A stretch of DNA of 33,930 nucleotides, from contig JAQBNQ010000293.1 in assembly GCA_028288545.1 (NCBI GenBank), positions 1 to 33,930 of the forward strand, read 5' to 3'. A program made the translations under genes and the position numbers. This document shows, one piece after another, positions 1 to 8,772 of this stretch; positions within the stretch are counted from its first letter, which is position 1, and every line of letters starts with the position of its first letter. The DNA comes from Bacteroidota bacterium. Its GTDB lineage: Bacteria; Bacteroidota; Bacteroidia; Chitinophagales; LD1. The notes under the pieces were generated by a model. That model was not told the DNA's origin, ran no database searches, and worked only from the letters and a program-made list of their open reading frames with translations.

Positions 1-1839
1 GATGTATTGATAGTTTCATCCGGCGTTATTCCGCTTTCCTCATTGGCGGTTAGTACCATCCAGGCATTTTTACTGCAGGGAGGAAGAGTCTATTTGCAGG
101 GGGAATATCTTACCAGCTATACCACCAATATTGCGTTTCAACAAATTGTGAATGCGAACGGTGGTGCCTTTAGCTGGATTGGAACCACCTCCGGTACTTT
201 AGCGCCTATGAATGTGATGGGAAGTTTAAGCAACACACCTGATACCATTCCACCACTTGGTTATTTTTGGTATGGAACTAATGCCAACCCTGGGTGTAAC
301 TCGCACGTCGAATCTTTTCTTGAATATAGCGGTTCGTATTACGGATTCATTTTTTGTGTACCCACCAATAACTCAAGAATGATCACTACTTCTGACCAGG
401 ATTGGGTGCAATCGGGCACCAGTATTCCTTTAATGCAAAATATGGCTCTTAACCTGGCCAGCCCTACCTACACCTGCGTTGTAACCGGTGGCTTAAATGT
501 AAGCCTTGGTCCCGACACTTCTATTTGCAATGGACAAGCAGTAATACTTGATGGAACGGCTGCCACCGCAACCGGTTATTTATGGAGTACAGGAGAAACA
601 AGTCCTTCCATCACTACCGATACTTCCGGCACTTATTGGGTACAGGTAACTAATGGATTCTGCACTACTTCCGATACAATTGTTATTAGTGCCGGCAGCA
701 CATTTACGATTACCGCCGGTCCGGATACAACAGTTTGTGTTGGAAATGCCTTACAATTGTCGGCATCTACCGTTGGAGGGGCCACTTATAGCTGGACAGG
801 ACCTAATAACTTTAACACACAAAATCCTGTAATACCTGCTACAGCATTTAGCGACAGCGGCACCTATACCGTAATAGCAAACAACAGCGGCTGCAGCAGT
901 AACCCGGTAAATGTTCACGTATCTATTACGCCGGGACCATCGGCGCCAACAGTGTCTAATAACAGCCCGGTTTGCAGTGGAGATTCGTTACTACTTTCAG
1001 CCTCTTTTGTAGCAGGGGCTACCTATACGTGGACAGGGCCCAATAACTTTGGCCAACAAAATCCTTTGATACCAAGCGCGTCATTATCTGATAGCGGCAC
1101 TTACACCGTGGTTTTAACTATTGGCAGTTGCAGCAGCAATCCCGTAACCACACAAGTAATTATAAATCCTGCTCCCGCGCCACCAATTATCGCCGCTTCG
1201 GATACTGTTATTTGCGCCGGTGATTCATCGCAACTTTGTATTGTTGGCACCTTTGCCAGTTATAGTTGGAACAATGGTGCCGGTACCCAGTGCATTTATG
1301 CCCGTATTGCGGGCAATTATTATGCTTCGGTAACGGATGCAAATGGATGCAAAGCAGAGTCTAATCATCTTGCGCTTAATGTTAACCCTGTTCCACCGGT
1401 TTCTATAAGTGTTAATGGCGACACTTTAACCTGCTATACCCCCGGTACTTATCAATGGTATTTAAGTGGCAATCCTATTTCAGGAGCTACTTCCCCTGTT
1501 TATATTGCCCCGCAACAAGGCCTGTACACGATACTTGTAACAAGCAGTAACGGCTGCTCTGCTTTAAGCAGCCCGGTTGCGATAGGCTCTGTGGATATTG
1601 TGCCTGTTAGTGGCAACACAATATTTGAAGTTTACCCCAACCCTACATCCAATCAGTTAACTGTTCAGTTGAGCAGCGATGTACATAGTGTACAAATTGA
1701 AATGTTTGATGCTTTGGGTCAAAGAGTTAGCCAAACCCTAACTGATGGCCCTAAAACAGAGATCAATGTTTCGGAATTTGCAACCGGCATTTACTTTATA
1801 AAGATTGGGGGCAGCGTCCGGAAGTTCGTTAAACAGTAA
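1..1839 (+). CDS. Secreted cell-surface protein, 5'-truncated by the window edge, with tandem Cys-containing Ig-like modules and a T9SS type-A C-terminal sorting domain
   Basis: The frame is open from nt 1, and the first listed residues are not a signal peptide, so the N-terminus lies upstream. About five 65-80 aa modules share C..G....L.A....Y.W.GPNNF..NP.I....DSGTYTV....GCSS; the clearest pair is at nt 712-1164. The last ~73 aa (nt 1618-1836), EVYPNPTSNQLTVQL...GIYFIKIGGSVRKFVKQ, match the classic Por_Secre_tail pattern. Confidence 0.85.
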   Translation, partial: DVLIVSSGVIPLSSLAVSTIQAFLLQGGRVYLQGEYLTSYTTNIAFQQIVNANGGAFSWIGTTSGTLAPMNVMGSLSNTPDTIPPLGYFWYGTNANPGCNSHVESFLEYSGSYYGFIFCVPTNNSRMITTSDQDWVQSGTSIPLMQNMALNLASPTYTCVVTGGLNVSLGPDTSICNGQAVILDGTAATATGYLWSTGETSPSITTDTSGTYWVQVTNGFCTTSDTIVISAGSTFTITAGPDTTVCVGNALQLSASTVGGATYSWTGPNNFNTQNPVIPATAFSDSGTYTVIANNSGCSSNPVNVHVSITPGPSAPTVSNNSPVCSGDSLLLSASFVAGATYTWTGPNNFGQQNPLIPSASLSDSGTYTVVLTIGSCSSNPVTTQVIINPAPAPPIIAASDTVICAGDSSQLCIVGTFASYSWNNGAGTQCIYARIAGNYYASVTDANGCKAESNHLALNVNPVPPVSISVNGDTLTCYTPGTYQWYLSGNPISGATSPVYIAPQQGLYTILVTSSNGCSALSSPVAIGSVDIVPVSGNTIFEVYPNPTSNQLTVQLSSDVHSVQIEMFDALGQRVSQTLTDGPKTEINVSEFATGIYFIKIGGSVRKFVKQ

Positions 1840-1911
1840 CTCTCTTTTGTAACAGCCTGCCATTAGCAGGTATGTATTTTTATTATCTTCGCCCCCTCAA
1901 CATAAAACACT

Positions 1912-3051
1912 ATGAAATTCACGCTATCCGAAGAGCATTTAATGATACGCCAGGCGGCCCGCGATTTTGCACAAAATGAATGCAAGCCCGGTGTTATAGA
2001 ACGCGATACACACATGACCTGGCCCGCAGAGCAGGTAAAGCGTATGGCCGAACTTGGCTTTTTGGGCATGATGGTTTCGCCGGAATATGGTGGAGGGGGA
2101 TTAGATGCACTTAGTTATGTAATAGCGATGGAAGAAATTTCAAAAATTGACGCATCGTGCTCAGTGTTGATGAGCGTTAATAATTCTTTGGTTTGCTGGG
2201 GACTTGAAACCTTTGGCAGTGAAGAACAAAAAAGAAAATACTTAGTGCCTTTGGCTAAAGGAGAAAAAATAGGTGCCTTTTGCCTGAGTGAACCCGAAGC
2301 GGGCAGCGATGCCACCAGCCAAAGTACAACAGCCGTTGATATGGGTGACCATTACATTTTAAACGGCACTAAAAACTGGATAACCAACGGAGGCTGCGCC
2401 AGCACTTACCTTGTAATTGCACAAACACATCCCGAGAAAGGTCACAAAGGAATTAATGTGTTGATCGTTGAAAAAGGAATGCCGGGTTTCCAGGTAGCAA
2501 AGAAGGAAGATAAATTGGGCATCCGTGCCAGCGATACACATTCCCTTTTATTTAATGATGTAAAGGTACCAAAAGAGAACCGGATTGGCGAAGATGGTTT
2601 TGGTTTTAAATTTGCCATGAAGACTTTGGCCGGTGGTCGTATTGGTATCGCAGCCCAGGCTTTAGGCATTGCAGCAGGTGCTTATGAAATGGCCGCTGCT
2701 TACTCTAAACAACGCAGGGCTTTTAAAACAGAGATCATCAATCACCAGGCTGTTGCATTTAAACTAGCCGATATGGCTACCCAGATTGAAGCTGCCCGCT
2801 TATTAGTGTACAAGGCTGCTGTACTTAAAGACCAACATAAAAACTACGATATAGCCAGTGCCACTGCCAAACTTTTTGCCAGCGAAGTAGCTATGCGCAC
2901 TACTGTTGAAGCTGTGCAAATACATGGCGGCTATGGCTACGTAAAGGAATACCACGTAGAGCGACTGATGCGCGATGCTAAGATTACCCAGATATACGAA
3001 GGCACCAGCGAGGTACAGAGGATTGTGATTAGCAGGGGGATATTGGCGTAA
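1912..3051 (+). CDS. Acyl-CoA dehydrogenase (short/medium-chain, butyryl-CoA dehydrogenase-like)
   Basis: 379 aa. Acyl-CoA dehydrogenase signature 1 is present as CLSEPEAGSDATS. Signature 2 and the catalytic Glu region are present as QIHGGYGYVKEYHVERLMRDAKITQIYEGTSEVQ. Confidence 0.95.
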   Translation: MKFTLSEEHLMIRQAARDFAQNECKPGVIERDTHMTWPAEQVKRMAELGFLGMMVSPEYGGGGLDALSYVIAMEEISKIDASCSVLMSVNNSLVCWGLETFGSEEQKRKYLVPLAKGEKIGAFCLSEPEAGSDATSQSTTAVDMGDHYILNGTKNWITNGGCASTYLVIAQTHPEKGHKGINVLIVEKGMPGFQVAKKEDKLGIRASDTHSLLFNDVKVPKENRIGEDGFGFKFAMKTLAGGRIGIAAQALGIAAGAYEMAAAYSKQRRAFKTEIINHQAVAFKLADMATQIEAARLLVYKAAVLKDQHKNYDIASATAKLFASEVAMRTTVEAVQIHGGYGYVKEYHVERLMRDAKITQIYEGTSEVQRIVISRGILA

Positions 3052-3068
3052 ATAAATACAGATAGAAC

Positions 3069-3106
3069 GCCCGCCCGACTGAATGGCTTCAGTCATTCGG
3101 GCGGGC
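3069..3106 (+). terminator. GC-rich imperfect hairpin directly after the acyl-CoA dehydrogenase stop
   Basis: gcccgcccga (3069-3078) pairs with tcgggcgggc (3097-3106), with an inner ctgaa/ttcag pairing. No clean T-run follows, so terminator function is uncertain. Confidence 0.4.
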
Positions 3107-3174
3107 TGATTAATTATGATTGTTATGATAGCTGTTATGATAAATGCATAAAAGTTTTATGAGGTAGTTATAAA

Positions 3175-3216
3175 AGAGATGGTTGACGCTTTTAAGTGTC
3201 AACCATCTCTTTTTTG
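3175..3216. terminator. Strong bidirectional rho-independent terminator between convergent genes
   Basis: A perfect 13-bp stem, agagatggttgac (3175-3187) with gtcaaccatctct (3198-3210), encloses a 10-nt loop. It is followed by tttttt on the plus strand and preceded by aaaa, which is a T-run on the minus strand. It lies between the acyl-CoA dehydrogenase (+) and the 1327-aa gene (-). Confidence 0.75.
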
Positions 3217-3304
3217 GGTTAAATACTTGACGACTAAAATGATATGATCATGTGTCAATCGTGATGAACAGTAACCGACAGCTTCGGCTTAAATATTCAA
3301 CCCT

Positions 3305-6300
3305 CTATCTCGTATTATTGACAAACACCTTTTTAGTGGTTACCTGGTTATTATCTTTTACGCTTACGGTGAAGTAGGCCGCTTCGATATTACCGATCTC
3401 TTTTTGGTAAAGCATATTGCTGTTGAACTTTTCATTGCTGATCTGTTGGCCAAGTACATTGTAGATAGTTACTACAGCATCCACTTTTTGTTGTTGCCGG
3501 AAATCGACAAACACTTTATTCCCGTTACTCCAAATGCCGATTCCTTTGCTACCGGTAATGGTGTTGAAGCCCGAAGTAGATGAATTAACTTCAATAGTTT
3601 GCGAAGCTGTGGCGCTGCAATTGGATAAATTGCTGACCGTTAGTACTACGGTATATGTTCCAGGGGTAGTATAATTATAAGTCACTGTTGGGCCGTTTGC
3701 TGTTTGGCCATTACCCAGGTTCCATTGATAGCTGTTAGCATTGGGTGAAGTGGCCGAAAGCACTACGCTTTGAGATTCCTCAACAACTGTAGCGGAACTG
3801 GTAAATGAAGCTGTAACGGGTTCCGGACCATTTACCTGGAGCAATTGTGTTACCGCGTAGTTATTTGCATCTGTCAAAGTAAGCAGGTAGCTGCCCGCAG
3901 GTTCGCTAAGCGTTAAAGGGCTTGATTGATTCAGCATCCCACTGGCAGTAATATGATTACCATTGTCGGCAAGGGTGTAGTTCCAGTTAGCAATGCCGGG
4001 TTGAGTAATGTTTATTGATCCCTGCGTAGTACAACCTGCGTCGGTAATACTCATCACTGCCGGAGGCGTAAAGTGTAACACAAAGCGATCCCACGCATCT
4101 GCAGAGTCTGCCGTAAAGCTATAATCACCGTTTCGTACATCATGCATTGTGTGAAGTGCTTTATCTTCTAAATAGATATAACTGGTAGCGTCGAAAGTAT
4201 TTACTCCTGTAAAGGCAAAATTATATGTACCGGTTGCTCCTGGCTCGAAGCCCACGGACACGGTGCTTGTGTTCGCCACGTCGTGCAGGATATTTCTTGA
4301 CATCCACTGGCCATCGTTTAAACTATAAAGCGTATGTCTGTTTAAGGTGCCCGGCGATTTATTTGCGTCAAATTGCGGATCAAAGTGTTCAGTAGCAGCA
4401 GCGTTAAAAGCAACTGTAGTTTGATCCAGCAAATGAGTGTTTGTGTTTTCGGCAACGATCTTCAGTTCATTGTCATTTGCACGGAAGAAAGAATGCGGTG
4501 TCCTTACCCGGTCGCTTGCATTAAGTGTATAGTTAGCCGTACCAACCGTAGTTGTTTTATGAACGATGAACGCCTGGAACGGCGCAACAGTAGCATCTAC
4601 ACCGATTATACCGGATTGATACGTACCTGCAAACGGACCGTTTGAATGCCATACCTGTATTTGATTATCAAATCCAGCACTTGGCGTATTAATATCAAGC
4701 GTGGCCAGGTATGGATTAGATACAAGATGCCAGCCTGAAATTATGTTATGACCTTGCAGTGTAACATTGGTCCAGTTACTATTGGTCCTGTTGGCAATAG
4801 TGTAACTGGAGTTGAGATTAGCTGTTCCGCTTAAAGACAATACCCCCGCACCAACTTTAGCCACAGCATATCCTTGTCCATTCATTGCATTACCACTACT
4901 GCTTGTTTCTGCTATCCATTGAGCCGAGGTACATATTGCTCCGTGTGTTTCATCTAAAGCGAGCACCGTGCTGTACGGGGAGTTGGCCGCAACATGTGCC
5001 TCATCGCAATTGGCGGTTGGAATAATATACCCGGCGGTTCCACTGGCCCCAAACTGACTAAAGGAAGGACTATTGACAGGTGAGCCCATGAAGTGCTGGT
5101 TATAGCTGTTGATAGAAGTTCCGCCGCCGTAATAACGCTGTGCATGGATGATTCCGTTGAGAGAACCACTATAGCCGGGACTAAAATTATCTATAATAGC
5201 CACCTGGCTTACTGAAGTGCTGAGGAAGGTTAAAACTCCTCCGTTTGTAGCAAAGGTTCCGCTTTGCAAATCAAGAGAAGTAAAAACATCTACCGATGAA
5301 CCGCTTTGCATTTGTGCCCCGGCAGCATTGTTTAAACGCAATAAATTGAACTTCGTTTTTCCCGAAATAGCCTGTGCATTGCTGCCATTTAAAATCAGTG
5401 CTCCGGTACCGGTAACAATCCCATTAGTGCCGGTGCCTCCCGTCCAGTTGCCGCACACGCTCAGGTCTGCATTTAACGTTACCTGGATACCTGCGTCAAC
5501 TTGCATAGCACCGGTTTGAATATTTGAGTTCAACACAGGATTATGTGGCGTAACCGGAATAATCACATTAGCTGAACAATTGTTGGGCACCAAATTAGTA
5601 TTCCAGTTAATTGGATCATTCCAATTGGTATTGGTTCCGTTCCACACATAGTTGGTACAGTTACCTGCGGTTACATCTATCGCGTTCGAAATAAAATTTG
5701 AAGCGCCGATAGTTACCTGAACCGTATAAGTACCAATTACTAATGCAGTATAGCTGCTATCGGTAGCGCCTGTAATAGCAATACCATTTTTAAACCATTG
5801 ATAAACACAGGCCCCGCCCATGTTTACCCGCATTCTTACAGTTTGGCCGGAACAAATAACGGTTGTATCTGCAGTGGTGATAACCGGTGTTTGAAGATTA
5901 ATAAAGAAGGTATCGGGCTCATAAAGGCTCCAGTTACCAACTTCATCCTTACTGCGTATAAATAAAAAGTGCTGACCGGAGTCGAGACAGGTGGCCGTAG
6001 CAACCGAATTTACAATTACCGAATCATAACCAGCCGTAAAAGTAAATGGGGTGGCCGCTCCTACACCGGGATCAACATTTACAAAATATTCTGCGCCTAC
6101 AATTAAAGGTTTGCGATAGAATCTTCTGCCTTCATATAAACTCCAGCCACCACTATTGTTTTTGGTTCTTACAAAAAGATTATGCCAGCCGGGTTTGAGG
6201 GAGGTTGTAACAACAGACGCGTTTAAAGAAATTGAATCATAAGTTGCGGTAACCGGAATAGAATGACCCGCGCCCGCGCCAGGGTCTGTATCAACAAAGT

Positions 6301-7288
6301 ATTCGGCCGCAACAATGGTTGGTTTCACATAAAACTTTCTACCCTCATACAAACTCCATGCGCCATTATTGTTTTGGGTTCTGACAAAAAGATAATGATA
6401 CCCTGAAGCAAGTGCCGGAGAGGTAACAGTTATTGCCGAAGCAACAGAATCCAGTGATGCTGTTATTGAAATTGCGGTGGCATGGCCCACGCCGGGATCG
6501 CTGTCAATAAAATACTCCGCAGCAACGATAGAAGGTTTAATAAAAAACATCCTTCCTTCATACAAACTTGCGGTGCCACTATTGTTTATGGTGCGTACAA
6601 AAAGATAATGACGACCTGTTGAGAGGCCGGTAGTTGGTACAACCACGGAGGCCGCTATAGAATCCTCCGAAGCCGTCACAGCAACTGCCGTTCCATTACC
6701 AATTCCCGGGTCTGTGTCAATAAAATATTCAGCAGATATGATTTGGGGCTTGATGTAAAACGCTCTTCTCTCGTACATACTCCAACCTCCTGAATTATTC
6801 CTGGTTCTCACATACAGCCAATGATTACCGCTTGACAGACCGGTTGCAGAAACACTACCCGAAAAGGAAATTGAATCATAAGAAGTACTTACACTTAATG
6901 GGTGAGCATTACCAGCACCTGGATCAACATCAAAAAAGTATTCGGCAGCAACAATGGTAGGCTGTACGTATAGTCTTCTGCCTTCGTGCAGCGACCATTG
7001 GCCGTTATCTTCTCTTGTCCTTATAAAAAGATAATGGAAGCCGCAATTTAAGCCCGTTGAAGGAATGTTTGTTGAGATACTGATAGAATCAGCCGGGGAA
7101 CCAATTGTAATAGCTGTAGCAAGCCCGGTACCAGGATCGGTATCGAAAAAATATTCTGCGGCGTTGATGCTTTGCGAATAAGCAGGTTGCGTTCCGAAAA
7201 TAAAACCAAATATTATCGGAATAGCAACGAGAAGTCGCATCATCAAATGCCGGTTGGGCATTATTTTATTTGAAAATAAGGTAGTCAT
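3305..7288 (-). CDS. Giant T9SS cargo protein: signal peptide, six tandem 71-aa repeats, Ig/PKD-like modules and a type-A C-terminal sorting domain
   Basis: The ORF is 1327 aa. The signal-peptide-like MMRLLVAIPIIFGFIFGTQPAYSQ suggests the true start may be the Met at ~7243 rather than 7288. A PKD-like module is present (SYQWNLGNGQTANGPTVTYNYTTPGTYTVVLTVSN). The C-terminal ~80 aa (VVTIYNVLGQQISNEKF...AAYFTVSVKDNNQVTTKKVFV) resemble a T9SS CTD. Confidence 0.88.
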   Translation of the reverse strand: MTTLFSNKIMPNRHLMMRLLVAIPIIFGFIFGTQPAYSQSINAAEYFFDTDPGTGLATAITIGSPADSISISTNIPSTGLNCGFHYLFIRTREDNGQWSLHEGRRLYVQPTIVAAEYFFDVDPGAGNAHPLSVSTSYDSISFSGSVSATGLSSGNHWLYVRTRNNSGGWSMYERRAFYIKPQIISAEYFIDTDPGIGNGTAVAVTASEDSIAASVVVPTTGLSTGRHYLFVRTINNSGTASLYEGRMFFIKPSIVAAEYFIDSDPGVGHATAISITASLDSVASAITVTSPALASGYHYLFVRTQNNNGAWSLYEGRKFYVKPTIVAAEYFVDTDPGAGAGHSIPVTATYDSISLNASVVTTSLKPGWHNLFVRTKNNSGGWSLYEGRRFYRKPLIVGAEYFVNVDPGVGAATPFTFTAGYDSVIVNSVATATCLDSGQHFLFIRSKDEVGNWSLYEPDTFFINLQTPVITTADTTVICSGQTVRMRVNMGGACVYQWFKNGIAITGATDSSYTALVIGTYTVQVTIGASNFISNAIDVTAGNCTNYVWNGTNTNWNDPINWNTNLVPNNCSANVIIPVTPHNPVLNSNIQTGAMQVDAGIQVTLNADLSVCGNWTGGTGTNGIVTGTGALILNGSNAQAISGKTKFNLLRLNNAAGAQMQSGSSVDVFTSLDLQSGTFATNGGVLTFLSTSVSQVAIIDNFSPGYSGSLNGIIHAQRYYGGGTSINSYNQHFMGSPVNSPSFSQFGASGTAGYIIPTANCDEAHVAANSPYSTVLALDETHGAICTSAQWIAETSSSGNAMNGQGYAVAKVGAGVLSLSGTANLNSSYTIANRTNSNWTNVTLQGHNIISGWHLVSNPYLATLDINTPSAGFDNQIQVWHSNGPFAGTYQSGIIGVDATVAPFQAFIVHKTTTVGTANYTLNASDRVRTPHSFFRANDNELKIVAENTNTHLLDQTTVAFNAAATEHFDPQFDANKSPGTLNRHTLYSLNDGQWMSRNILHDVANTSTVSVGFEPGATGTYNFAFTGVNTFDATSYIYLEDKALHTMHDVRNGDYSFTADSADAWDRFVLHFTPPAVMSITDAGCTTQGSINITQPGIANWNYTLADNGNHITASGMLNQSSPLTLSEPAGSYLLTLTDANNYAVTQLLQVNGPEPVTASFTSSATVVEESQSVVLSATSPNANSYQWNLGNGQTANGPTVTYNYTTPGTYTVVLTVSNLSNCSATASQTIEVNSSTSGFNTITGSKGIGIWSNGNKVFVDFRQQQKVDAVVTIYNVLGQQISNEKFNSNMLYQKEIGNIEAAYFTVSVKDNNQVTTKKVFVNNTR
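5891..7168 (-). repeat. Six head-to-tail in-frame coding repeats of exactly 213 nt (71 aa) each
   Basis: Residues 41-466 of the 1327-aa protein. Each unit starts I(V/I/N)(A/S/G)AEYF(F/I/V)(D/N)xDPGxG and ends WS(L/M)(Y/H)E...F(Y/F)..(P/L)x. I counted all six units at 71 aa with no indels. Confidence 0.9.
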
Positions 7289-7319
7289 TTCAATTATGCT
7301 TTAGTAAGCCAACAAATAA

Positions 7320-8315
7320 TTACCTGATCTTCGATTTAAAATTCACGTTTAAGGTTCCCCCAGATATGATGGTGGGGTTGCTAATATTAAACTCCGTTAA
7401 CTGTGGATTGTGCGGCATTCCATTTTGCTCAAAATCGCCGGTACCGCCATAAGCGCCCAGGTCGGTGCCATCATTGCCCGCACTCTTGGCAGGTGAGCCC
7501 GAAAGCAGGTTAAAGTCATAGCTATAATCAAAATAAGCGCCGCCCGAAGGGAAATTGACAAATTTAGGGTCAACGTTGGTTTGATTTACTCCATTAGGAA
7601 AGTTGTTATTGCCGCACTGGTACGAAATGTTATTACTGTAGGTAGCGCTGGCACCTGTAGGATTTGCGCGGTAAAATATATTGTTATAAATATAGAAGTT
7701 GAAATCATTGCCAAACGCATTTCCGCTGTACAGGAATATATTGTTCATTATATAGTGATAGTTGCTTTGGCAATTACCAAAGTTTGAAATGGGACCGTTA
7801 AAAAGGTTGTTGCGTATTAAATGGCCGGCCTGGCTGCAAGCACCTGAAATATTGTCCCCTGTATACAAAAAAACATTGCCATCAATTAGCCATGCATTGC
7901 ATAAACTCTGATCGATAGAAATCTGGTAAGAAAGCTTACAAAGAACAATTTCAATACTGTCAATATGCTGATTCATAGTATGGATCATGTATAGGTCCAG
8001 CCCAATGATCTTTGTACCCAGCGAGCCGGTATAAAGATTAATATAGTCAACCGTTGATTTAAGTGGTGCCTGCTTTTGAGGGTTATGCCCCGTACCTATT
8101 AACACTAATCTTTTGGAGACCGAAAAGGTATTATAGTTGAACGGAGACCCATGTATCAAAATAGTATCACCATCGTTAGCTGCAGACTGAGCAGCAGCAA
8201 AAGTGGTAAACTGTCCCGGGCTGTTGGTATTATTACTTACTGTGCGGATAGCAGCATAAGTTGATACGGTGGCCAGGAAAATAAGTAAGGCGGAAAATAG
8301 AACTTTCGTTTTCAT
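7320..8315 (-). CDS. Secreted right-handed beta-helix-like protein of unknown function
   Basis: 331 aa with a signal peptide, MKTKVLFSALLIFLATVSTYAA. It has an A..DGDTILIHG motif and a periodic Asn ladder (IRNNLFNG, IMNNIFLY, IYNNIFYR, YSNNISYQ) typical of parallel beta-helix folds. Its stop lies 31 nt before the start of the giant cargo gene, on the same strand. Confidence 0.7.
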   Translation of the reverse strand: MKTKVLFSALLIFLATVSTYAAIRTVSNNTNSPGQFTTFAAAQSAANDGDTILIHGSPFNYNTFSVSKRLVLIGTGHNPQKQAPLKSTVDYINLYTGSLGTKIIGLDLYMIHTMNQHIDSIEIVLCKLSYQISIDQSLCNAWLIDGNVFLYTGDNISGACSQAGHLIRNNLFNGPISNFGNCQSNYHYIMNNIFLYSGNAFGNDFNFYIYNNIFYRANPTGASATYSNNISYQCGNNNFPNGVNQTNVDPKFVNFPSGGAYFDYSYDFNLLSGSPAKSAGNDGTDLGAYGGTGDFEQNGMPHNPQLTEFNISNPTIISGGTLNVNFKSKIR

Positions 8316-8772
8316 CGTTTTGTTTTTTGAACGTTAAGTATTATTAAGTGAGTAATATATGGGAGCATAATATACTTTGATAACCGATATAAGTCAACCC
8401 CTTAAATAAACAGGGTTGAAACGTATTTGGTAAAAAGGCAGATTAGCTCCCAATTTTTAAGTCCGATACAAAACTAGGCTCTTGAAATTTGAAAAACGCG
8501 TTTTAGTAAGAAAGTGGCACTTTTGGGCGCGGTGGGCGGATGCGGTACTTTTTAAAAGACGCCTTATAAGGATGTTGGGATTTGCAGGGGATATTGCGTA
8601 AAGCAGATTGATTTGGGCTTATCCCTTCGAGTCGTGCTATCGTTTCAAGTCCTCATTCGCAAAGCCTTATTGAGGGCTTTATGTTCCATCACTTACACGA
8701 ACATATATGAAGCCTCTTAGTCCTTTTGGCAAGCTTGATTAAATAAAAAAACCATACTTTGCCTTTGAAAAT

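Noticed and set aside
8493-8504. A perfect 12-nt palindrome, aaaacgcgtttt.
   Set aside because: Roughly 8 perfect 12-nt palindromes are expected by chance in 34 kb. There is no second copy and no associated feature.
8316-8772. I looked for a tRNA or tmRNA gene, an att site, an integrase remnant or a small RNA in the long spacer left of the island. This included the T-loop-like ttcgagtc at about 8627-8634.
   Set aside because: The arms flanking the ttcgagtc are not complementary (atccc versus cgtgc). No cloverleaf can be drawn, and translation of both strands gives only short stop-riddled peptides with no integrase-like sequence.
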